A DNA stretch of 64,000 bases. It comes from Monocercomonoides exilis PA203 (Eukaryota > Protista > Preaxostyla). How positions within the stretch are numbered: position 1 is the first letter of the stretch; the number at the start of each line of letters is the position of its first letter. Position numbers and translations under genes: made by a program. Shown here piece by piece: positions 26,178 to 38,100 of this stretch. The notes beneath the pieces were generated by a model. That model was not told where the DNA came from. It saw nothing but the letters and a program-made list of their open reading frames with translations, and did no database searches. The stretch lies in contig LSRY02000037.1 of NCBI GenBank assembly GCA_001643675.2, positions 248,001 through 312,000 on the forward strand. Direction: 5' to 3'.

Positions 26178-29100
26178 TCATCCTCCCATTTCTGTGCATG
26201 TGCTGCCGCTGTCGCTGCTGCTGCTGCTGCAAATACCCCCACTTCCATAGAACACATCGCTCCCCTCATACAGCCCAATCGCGTCTGTCGCTGTCACCAT
26301 CGTTGCTCCCGATGGGAAATACCCAAAAAACTCTCGCTTCAGCCTCCCCAGCTCTGGCCGCTCCCTGCCCTTCTGCAGCACACACTCCTTCACACACCCC
26401 GACAGCCTCGACCCCTCCATCATCTCCATGCTCGGCCTCACCCCTTCAACAATCAGCTCCCCTGCTCCCGACCCGTCATACTCCCCAAACGGCATCTTCA
26501 GCGTCACACACTCCCACACCATCATCCCAATCGAAAACACCACCGTCTTCTTCGTCGCATGCTTCTTCGCTCCACTCACCAGCTCCGGCGCCTTCCACCG
26601 AAGGCACTCTTTTTTGAATTCGTCCTCATCCTCAAATGCTGACGAGGGCAGAGAGTCCTCCTCATCATCACTTGCAGATGTCACAACAGTCGTTGATGAT
26701 GAGATGGACGATGAATCCGAGTCTGTCGAGCAGTCTGAGTGCATCGCAATGCAGATCACCATGTGCTCTGAGAACAGCACAATGTGCGGACTCAGACCAT
26801 CCAGCGATTGAAGCGCCACTTTGAGCTCGTCAAAGCAATGAAGCACCCCGTTCGCCACCCAGAACATGATCTGAGCTGCTGTCACCTCCCGCTCCTCCAG
26901 TGTGCCTATCGCCATCTCTTTCTTCTCATTCCTTCCGTGAAGCAGCATGAATAATGAATCTCTCAAATCCACAATCAGCTTTTCGTGAGGCGATGAACAG
27001 GCCATTGCATCCACCAGATTCGACATCGACGAGGTTGTTGGGCACAGACACTCTGATCGAACAAATGTTGAATCTGAATCAGTCGTTGAAGTGGTTGAAG
27101 TGGATGAGATGGATGGTGAAGGCGATCTCTTCCTTATCTCTTCCTCCTCCTCCTTTTCCAGTGCCCAATCAGGAATCTTGTCTGAATCTCTTCCCAAAAT
27201 ATATTCAGTCGATCCACTCTCACTTAGTAAATGCTCTGATGACTCTGAATGTCCCAAGCTTTTCTCATACACCCTCTTCTTTATCCTCTCCTCATTCTTC
27301 TTTTCAGCTTCTCTTTCTGCTCTCCTCCACTGCTCCTCAGGTGACATCTCCATCGTCACCATCTCAAATGCCTTCGGATCCTTCTTCACTGTGTCTTCAA
27401 CTATAATTTCCAATTCTTCTGTTCGTCTCTTTTGCTTTTTCCATCTTATTGTTACAACAATAGAAACAATAAGAACAATCAACAGAATTACAACCAAAAC
27501 AATAATAATTACTGTTGAAGAAAAGGATTTTCCTTTCCCTCCTTCAACAAGTTTTCCATCTCCCCTTATTTGAGGTTCACTTCTGTTCTTCAGAACGAAC
27601 AGATCCGTTTCTGCATTCTTTTCTCCAAATATGATCGCTGCTGCCACTTCCGACTCATCGGGCGAAGAAGTGATCATCGCAGACGAAATAGACGAGTGCA
27701 CTTCTGTTTCTGATCCAAAATCGCCCTCCGAAAACTCCCACTTCTCAATCAGCTTTGTGCTTCCCATTCTTGTCACTATCTCAAACCCCAGCTTGCACGG
27801 AATGAAAAGCGCCCCTCGGAAGCTCAGACTCATCACAGCCCCTTCCTCTGCCATGCTCACAGAATCCAGAACTGGAATAAACAGCACAGACTTCAGCCCT
27901 TCCAGCGTCCCTTCCGCCTTGCACCCCTTGTTCAGCATCCACAACGAGCTGTTTTCTTTCGCCCCATCTCCGCCCTTCAGGCTCACAACATTCACTGTCG
28001 CATCGTCGCTGCAAATGATGTTCCTTCGAATCGATGGATATTTCCCTATCATTGGATTGTTATTCATGAACCACCCTTCCTCAATCATAACCTGCCCTCC
28101 TGAAATAGACAACCCTCCTTCACTTGAATTCTCTACGGTTGTGTCTTTCAAAACCACGTGACATTCCCCAAAATCAACAAGAGATCCATTCCATTCACAT
28201 ATATCTTCTCCTTCATCATTCACAATAACATCAAAGGCTTGTCTATTCACTCCAAATTTGCATAAATTCATTGACACTTTTCGACAGGCACTCATCATCA
28301 CCAAACTTCCTCTTTCAGGAGATGAAGAATATGATACAAACGAGCTGTTCTCAATCTTCACAAAACTGTTTTTCAGTTCATCACAGGCAATGACTGAGGA
28401 AGTCAATGGAACGCTAATATTCTCGCACACCAATTGGCTCGTCTCTATCTCAGTTCTTTCTTCTTCATCTCCATTTCTGTCAATATCACTTGAATGCACT
28501 TGAATGGCAGATCCTTCGTTGCTCAAAACATTGCTCATTTCCATTTTTTCAAGAGTCACTTTTCCATGACTGCTCAGACACATCAATCCCTTTCTGCAAC
28601 TCACATCCTGAATTGAAATAGATGAACACTTCAGACAAGCATTTGACTCCACAACAATTAACTGACTGACAAATGAAAAACGAGTAATGTTCACTTCTTC
28701 CATTGATAAGCTTCCATTCCCAGTGGCCGACAGCAGAATTAACAACAAATCTGATTCATCATTTCTTGTTGTTTCTTCACATGAAAATGAACATGAAACA
28801 ATCTGAGCCACTCCTGCTTCACTTCGAAGAAATGAACCGTGAGCCATCGCAAACGAACTCTCAAATAAAACAAACAGACGAGTCAAAAGCACTTTGTCGG
28901 TGCAGCTCAATAGGCTCTCGGCTGATTCATGAATTCCTGAAGTCACTCCGACTTTGGCATGCTGCTCTGAACGGGATGAAATGGTCACATTGCATAACTC
29001 CAGCTCAGCCGATATTCGCCCTTCTTCGATAATCACGAGCTGGCTGTTGAACTCATACGACAAATGCTGAAGTGCATACTCCAATGTGGCACATGGCTGC

Positions 29101-32100
29101 TTTTGTGTGCCACAGTTCTTCGAGTCCTCGCTGCCTTTGGAGATATTTGACGTGACAAAAATAACATCATTTTGATATGTGACAATGAACTCGATCAGAT
29201 TCATCGGCTCATCCACAAATTCTGTCTCATCCATTCCATATATCGCATTGTATCTGTTGTATGATCCTTCTCTCAGATCCAGATTGAACTGTGTTTCATT
29301 GATCTGCTTCTTGATATCCACACACTTCACAAACAAATCCCGCCCAACACGCGCAACATTGGAATCAAATCCATCCTTCACAAATTGCATGTCCAGATCC
29401 CCAGAAACAGCTGCATCCACATAAATCCCTCCTCCTCTGCCTTTGGCTGTCGAGCACCCACATTGATTCAGCGTGCTCTCTTCAATCCTCAGACTTCCCT
29501 CCCTCTTCAACACAAACAGAATGGCTCCGCCTTCTTCACTGTTTGAGCTTCTGCATTCATCAAATGCGCTTCTGTTCGCCACAAGCTTCAAACTTTCCTT
29601 ATTTGCACTCGAATCAATCACACATGCCCCTCCCACATCTTTCTTCACATCTTTCACATGGCATTTCTCCAGCAAAATGGTTGGACTGCTTTTCATTGAT
29701 TTTGCTTGCTCCTGCTTGCTCCTGCTTGCTCCCTCAACTTCAATCACACTTCCTTCGTTCAGACTCAATCCCTTTATCACAAGCTCCACAATCCTGCTTT
29801 CACATCTCCCTGAAACAACAAGAAGACTTTTCTCACAATTCAAATTCGAAACATCAAAATTCGTTATCTCCAGTACTCCTTCTCTCACACAGACAAATGA
29901 CACAAGCATCTGAATCCTCTTTTCTGCCAATCCTTCAATCGAACAGTTCACCAGGCTCAAGCTCCCATTCTCGCTCAAAATCACTGCCTTCTCTTCATTA
30001 TCATATTCCCCTTCCATTTCAAACTCGACTCGAGCAATCCTTGCTGTGTTTTTGTTCCAAAGGCATGCTTTTCTGCTCTCATTCACATCGTTTTCAATCA
30101 TAATCTTCACCTTCGATACCTCGTCTTCCACAGGATCCCATGCTTCGATCGAGCAATCAGTCATCTCAAACACCTCATTCAGCTCAACTTTCCCCAAAAT
30201 AAATATCCAACGCTTATCTGCCCCTTCACTCATCTGCCTAACACCTTTCCACCAACTCTGACAAGGATCTTCAGCTGAGCCACATCGAGCCACATCATGC
30301 CCTTCATCAGACACATATATCCTTTCGCTTCTGTATCCCACAACAAATCTGAACAAATCTGTTTCATTGAACACCTTGTCACTTCCAACAAACCCATTTG
30401 AATTGCTCTTCAGTGATTCAAAGTCAAAATCAAAAGTGTCTGTTGTCACAGTGCTGTTCAGATCAAACGACTCAACAAACAGATTTTCTCCAACATCTGC
30501 CTTGTTCCCTTCAAAGATAACAGCACCGAACAAGACAGATCTGGCAATTTTGGATTTCTTGCAATCAATGAACAATCCGCCTCCTCTGCCTCCTTCAGTT
30601 AAGCATTCACATTTTTGAATCGTGCAGTTCTTGACTTGCAGTTCTGCTTCATTTTCGAGAATAACATTCGCCAATCCCCCTTTTCCATTTTGTGCTGAGG
30701 CCACTGCCTGAAACGAGCAATTATTCATCCTCACTGTTCCAGCCAATTTCAGTGGTTGAGAACCGAAAACCATTTTCCCTTTAAAGCTGCACCAGTCCAA
30801 AGTCACTTCTCCCCCATTCATTTCCAACATGGCAAACTCGACAGTCTCTTGTTGAGAACATTCAAATATGCAATTGCTCATATTCATGTCACCATTTGTG
30901 GACTCAGACAAAATAAGTGCTTTCACTCCATTTCTCAGTGAATGCGGAAATACAAAGTCGACAAAGACAAACTCTGATTTCTTGCTGTTCACAATAGCCC
31001 CATCCCCATTGAATTCACCTTTTTCTTCAAACAGCAAAGAAGAATGCACCTCATCTTGTGCTGATCGAATCCTAATTCCTGACACATCACTCCCATCTTT
31101 CACATGAGCCTTCTCCAAAATCACAATCTCCGAGTTATCCTTTCCAGATTTGATGTTCTGTACACCACGCCATAGTGTTTGACATGCATGCTCTTCCAGC
31201 CCACATCCAATTGCATCATATCCTTCAACTGACAAATATACACATTCTGAATGCGGTTGAACAAGAAACAACCTCAAATTGACTGGCTCAAAATAATGTG
31301 ATTCATCAATTCCCCACAAATCAGATTCACTTCCTTCTTCTCCATTTTCTGCCACAAAACAAAATCGAATGGGAGACACACTTATGTTCAATGCCTTGCA
31401 GAACACAAACATGTCCTTCCCTTCTCGTGCACTATTCTCTGAAAACAACAAATTTTCAAACACGAAATTGTTACTCGAATCGTTTCCGATGTGAAGATAC
31501 ACTCCTCCTCCTCTCCCATCTTCACCATCAACACTCCAATTCCTCACTGTGGAATTTTTCATCAACAACTTATCATCTCCTCCCAGTTCACACCACATCA
31601 TCCCCCCATTCACCACACTTACTCCCCACCCTTCAAAACAGCTTTCATTCACTATTTCCACATTTCTTGCCTTTTTCGCTTCCAACAAATGCCCATTTTC
31701 AATGCTGCACCCACTTGCTCTAACATTGCTCAAAACTATTTCTGCTCCTTCTCCTCCATATATCAAACTCTTTCCTTCTGTCGAAACACCTTTGATTTCC
31801 ACTTCAGACAAACTGATCACTCCTCTTTCCACATCAGCAATTCCCTTTCGCATTTGAAAGCCAATCCCAACAACACTCACTGATTTGATATCCAGCTTTC
31901 CGTCAGTTTCTTTCACAATCCAAACACAACTTTCCTTTTCAATCCCGCTCTCTATTCCATTCTCAACCCCAAACACACACTCACTTATCAGACACTGCCC
32001 TCCTTCTATTTTCAGAAACTCTTCATAACCTGCTGTTGTGGGAGTTGCTGGAAGCTCAAATGACAAGCTCCGTATGCTCAAGAAAATGGGGCTGCTGACC

Positions 32101-35100
32101 AATGTTATATGACCGCCTCCTCCAACTCCAATAACAGGCTTTGTGAGGCCTCTTCCCTGAATTGCCAATGATGAATTCCTTGCAATATCTGCATCCAAAG
32201 TTGTGTTTCCAATCACCCTGATTGTCGAGTGTGAGTCATTCATCAATGAGAAGGCATATCCAACATCCTTGCACGGTGTTTCTTCAAACCCACACTCCTT
32301 TTTGTTCACTTTTGCTCCATCCACAAACATTATCTTTGGAGATTCAGGAAACAGTATCACCAGTATCGACACATTTATCGCTGGCTCAACTGAGCCATCA
32401 TACACCCAAAATCGTTCTCTCTCATCTTCTTCATTCACCGATCCTTCCCAAAGAATTTCATTCAGCATCCTCCTCACATCCTCACACGCAACATACACAT
32501 CCCTTCCCAGTAATGCTTTGTTCTCACCAAACCTGTTCTTTTGCATCGAATAGCTCAAATCAGTATCCTCAAGCTCCAAAAACATCCCTCCACCATATCC
32601 TCCTGATTCACTCACCTCATTGAATTTCACGCTGTTCCCTTCAAACTTCAGTGTTCCTCCTTTCTCCACATGCACCACCAATCCTCCACCTTTTGCTCCT
32701 TCTTCAGCACAGACAATTGTCTCAAATGAACATTCCTTCATATCAACCACTTTCCCTTCCCCAGCCCTCCCCACAACTCCTCCTCCACTCCCAACCTCTC
32801 TGCTCACTGCAGTCACACTGTTGTTCCGCAGCTGAATTCCGCACGAACCATCAAAACACAGCACTGCTCCATTCTTCATGCCTGCTCCTTTTTCACTTGA
32901 ATTCACAATGCTGATTGAACCTCCCGAATTCACATGGATAAGCCCACAAACATCTTCTCCATTGACACCCTTCAATTCCATTCCATTTAACTGAGCACTT
33001 GTTCCATTTCCCTGAATCACCAAAAAGCTATTTATGCTGAATTTCACATCCCTCACTTTCACTCCAACCAAACTGGATTCTCCTCCAACAACTTTCACAA
33101 GCGAGAAACTGACAACGTTCGTTCTGGCAATGAACGAAACATTATTCATCACAAGCGATGAACTGAAACACACAAACAGCGCACTCTTGCTGTCTGGCAT
33201 CGAGGATGGAACACTGAACATCATTTTCCCAAATGTTGTTGCTGAACGCGTTTCAATAAATCCTTCTCCATTGATGCTCCCGTTGCTCGCAATCACAACC
33301 TCCACCCCAATCTCTTCCACATCTATCTTCATCTCTTGCTCTTCAAACCTCAGCTGGTTTGTGATTTCATATTGCGGAAGCAATCGTATTATTGCACTGC
33401 CTTGCCCAAAAATAGTTTTTCCAGCAAACAACACATCTGCACACGGATAATCTGAAAATCCACACAATTTCCCATTTATTCCATCATTTCCAACAAATGC
33501 AGGACTCGAAAAGTTCCGAAACAGCAGCACCAACGGAATTGCTTGCGACTTGTTTCCACCTTCAAAGCCCATCATATCCTTCAAGTTTGGCATTTCTTCT
33601 TCGCTCTTGGCAAACGAAAAATCGAACACAGTGTCTGTTGCAATCTTCTTCAGCTCATTCGCTTCCACAAAAATATTGTTCCCTCCATTATCTGCCCCAT
33701 TTCTTTCTTCTCCCTGGCCAAATGAAAAACTCCGCAAGATCACATCATATGCTTCTTCCACAATTCTCACAAAAACGCCTCCCCCATATCCTCTTCCTTC
33801 TTTTTCTTTGCTCAAATCGCGAGCATTACACTTCTTAACATCCATTCTTTCCCCTTCCTCCCCAATTCGCAGCATTCCTTCTCCACTCAAAGTCACCATA
33901 ATTCCCCCACCGCACCCATCATTTGCCGAGCAATCATCAAAAGTGCTGTTTCTCACAACAACACTGTTTTCATCACCAATATTTCCATTCAGGGTACTTC
34001 CATTCTGCATGCTCATACAAATGCCACAAAACGAACAATCCTCAACTGTTAATGTCTTTCCATTCACATCGCAGATCATCCCTCCTCCTGATGCTCTATC
34101 TTTCTTTCCACTCATTGTTGTTTTTGCCAATGTTAGTAACCCTGATGAATGCAATTCAATAACGCTCACTTCTCCATTCGTAATAACTCCATTCAAAATA
34201 CTTTCATTCATGTTGCATTCAGCTTCTTCTTCAATCCTCATCAATGGATGCAATCGAAACTCCACTTCATTCACACTTAACCCACATATCTCCATCTTTC
34301 CTCCAACACAAAGCACAAGCCCAACGCTCACAAAGGATGCAGATCTCACTGAATATTGGCAGTTGGTGAGATTCAGTGTTTCAGTACTCATCTTCATCAG
34401 CCATTCTCTTCCATTCAGACTCTCTGGAACAACAAAAAAAAGAGACTCAAATAAACAATTTGAACTCACTTCAATCATAGCACTCTGATTCACTGTTATG
34501 TTTTCATACACATCCAACCTCGCCTCCAACTCAGCTCCTCTGAATGTGCTCGATCCACTTGCCAATAACAGTTCTGATCCAAGAATTCCAGATTCACTAA
34601 TCTTCAAGCTTATTCCACTTGCCTTTTTCCATTGTGCAATTCCATACTGAACTGTTTCACATGGATACCCTGCATACCCACATCGGGAAAAATCTTTTTT
34701 ATTCGCCCCACCAACAGCAACTTCTGAAACATCCTCTCGCAAGAATAACACAAGTGGAATCACATACACTTCATCTTCTTTCTCTGTTCCCGCAATCTCA
34801 TCTTCTTTCAAAAGATCTGGCCCAAATCCAATCCTCGTGCTGTCAATCACGTTCCCCATTTTTTCTGTCTTCACAAACATGTTTTTCCCACATTTGTTTG
34901 CAACACAACCTGCAAATTCAACATTTTTCAGCCGAAAATTGCCTGTGGATTTCACACAATCCAGCCATATCCCTCCTCCATATCCTCCCTTGTCTCCAAT
35001 CATTCCAGCTTGGCATCCTTTCAACTTTGCCAATCCTTCGATTCCAACATAAAAGATAGAATCTTTTTCCATCACTATCTTCATTCCTCCCCCATTTCCC

Positions 35101-38100
35101 TTCTCACATACCACATTCATCTCTCCTCCTTCAACCTCGAGTTTCTGGCCTTGTCCAATAACACCCTGAATCGCTCCTCCATCTCCACTTGAAAGCAAGC
35201 ATCCACTGAAAATGGTTCGATTGACAATGCTGTTTCTCGCCTTGTTGATGTTGATTACAGACCCTTTGTTCCTTCCTGTGCTTTCAAACTTCGAGCCGCT
35301 TATCAGCAATTCCGAATCACTTTCTGCCTTTATCAGACCAGATTCTGCGCTCAACACATCAGTGCAAACAAGATTAACTGCTTTGACTTTTGTACCCATT
35401 TGAGCGCAGATGATCATGGGCTCCTTGAACGTCAGGCTGCCGACTTCCACATCATTCAATTCAGCTTTTCCATTCTTCACAGCAATAAGAGAGTATCCAA
35501 TCTCCGAAACTGAACTGCTTCCCTTCACAAGTGATGATGATATCTGCAGGCTTCCTTCGACTTCCTCTCCCACAACAAACACTGCTGTTTGCGACGATTG
35601 CAGCCATGCCTCCAAGGACAAGCTTACAAGACTTATGCCAACATCACTCATCACCTCAATCACTCCGCTCTGCTCGCTCCCATTTCCAACAACACTTATT
35701 TCTGGTTTTCCACTCACTCCGCTGATGCTGTATTCCTCATCTCCCCTCAAACTCAAACACTCCAAAAGGGAATACGACGAAGCAATTGTCAATTTGTGCA
35801 CTTTTTCCTGCTGAGCGAGAGAAAACTGCATTGTTTTGCACGGATAGTCTTCAAAGCCACACACTCCAACATCAACTCCGTTGCTTCCAACATTTACTCT
35901 TTCTCCTCTTTCTCTCAGGCAATAAACAAGCGGGATGACCACCTCTGGTGTTCCTTCATCTGTGCCCATTGCTTCGTCAACAGAAAATAATGAGGAGTAA
36001 TATGCAATTCTTTCTCTTGTGACACTTGCCTTCAGATTTGGCGAACACACATAAACATCTTTCCCAAACAGTGCACTATTATTCTCAAACCCTGGATTCG
36101 AAATCACAAAATCATCTGCTGCGTTTGTCAGCTTCAGATAGATGCATCCTCCTCTCCCTTTGCCATTTTGCGCATTTCCTTCTCCATCATTGGCCACACA
36201 GTTTCTCATTGCTGTTGTCAACCCTCCTTTCCCTATCGACAATTGACTTCCCTCAGCAAGTGACAAGGCAGCCATCCCTCCATTTCCATTCAAGCATCTG
36301 CATCCACTAACCGTTGTGTTTTTCCATTCAAGGCGCTCCTCTCCTTTGAATATCTTCAATATCAAGGCACCATCTCCAACTTTTCTCACAATCTCTGTGA
36401 TGTTTCCCCCATGGACACATATCTCTCCACAGTTGCTCGTCGACAAAAGGCAGCAGTCTGAAAAGACAATGTTCTTGACTTCACAATCATCGAGAGAGAT
36501 TCTTCCTTCCTCAGCACTTAGAAAAGGCCTGTTGAAAATACCATCAGGCACATCACTTGTGATCACGCATTTATCCAGATGCACAAATCCAAACATTCCA
36601 GTCACCTGAAAAAGAAATGAATTGTTGGAGATGCTTGAGCTGTGAATAAGTGTGAATAACTCCATTTCAAGTGATCCATATTCAACGAAAAACAATGACT
36701 CGGATTCTGTGTGACTTGAAATGTTCACTCTGTCCAATCCATCGCTCTTCTTCAGCAAAACACTTCTTCCGCCCACTTCTATTTCGGTTTCCTCAAAGCA
36801 TTCGCTCACCAATCTTATTGAATGGTGCTTGAAACTTACCCACTGATTCATTGCAAATCCAATTGTTCGGCATTCATCATCAGTTCCTCCACAGTCGTTG
36901 TGGTCTCCTCCTGACTTCGCTGAATTCACAAGGATTGGATCTGGACTTGCATTTGGGTCTGGAAGCCATTCACTTCTGTCAACATTTGTTGTGACTCTGT
37001 TGCTTTTATTCGAACGTGAAAAAGAATATTTTATGCAATCGGAAGTAACTCTAATGGCATTCGTGTCAGAATAATGAACATCATGTCCATCATTTGAGGC
37101 AGCAGAATTGTTTTCAAAAAAACAATACTTAATAAGCAAAATTGATGTACCCAATGGAATTGTTAGTGAAACAGCACCAGAATGACCTTGTGCGTGAGAA
37201 TTGGAAAAACAGCAATCTGTAGCAAACGATTTTTCTTTCAAACAGTAAGTGTGAATTGTTCCACCATAGCCAATTGATTCACAATTTGAAAATGAACTTG
37301 AACATAATTGTAGTGTTCCTTGTTCGCAATTTAATGCTCCACAATATCTGTCTGTGTTGCAATTCGAAAATATGCTTCCGTATATTTTCAACAAACCATA
37401 AAACAAACAAATTGCTCCACCAAATGAATCGGTTGTCATATTCACATAACACTTTGAAAAATTTGTGTTCACAATGATGCCTTCCAATTGGTTATTTTGA
37501 TATATGGCTCCTCCTCTTGTATATGAATCCTTATCGTTCCTTGCTCTGCAATCTGAAAATGAACAATCTGTCACATTCAGATTTGCTGATCCTGTCACTG
37601 ATATTGCTCCTCCATTCCGATCTGAAGAAGAGCAGTTGGTGAATGTGCATCCAACAAACACAATATCTCCAGATATAAATGATGGTAAAGGACTTGTAAA
37701 AGGCTGATCTTTGTATGAGTTCTTGGCTTCAGAAAAGGTGGTGTTCATCGAAACAAATCCGCTTCCCCTTTCCGCTCCGACAATCACTCCATCAAACGTG
37801 TTGGCACAATTGCTAAAAAGGCATCCAGAAACAACGTTTTTCTGCAAAGTTTGCTTCAAAATACTTTTTGCTGCAAATACTGGCTTTTGTCGTGCGGTGA
37901 TGTTCATGAATTCGCACATGTGAACATCAACTTGTGAAAATAGTTCGCTTCCCACAAATGGCGAGGTGGAGGACATCACAATGTCTGAAAAGATTGAAGA
38001 AGCCATTTCAACGAATCCAACATCAATTTTGCTTTTTTCTTGGGCTGTTGTTGTTGACACAAGGCATGGTAACACATTGCAGTTTCCATTATTAATTGCA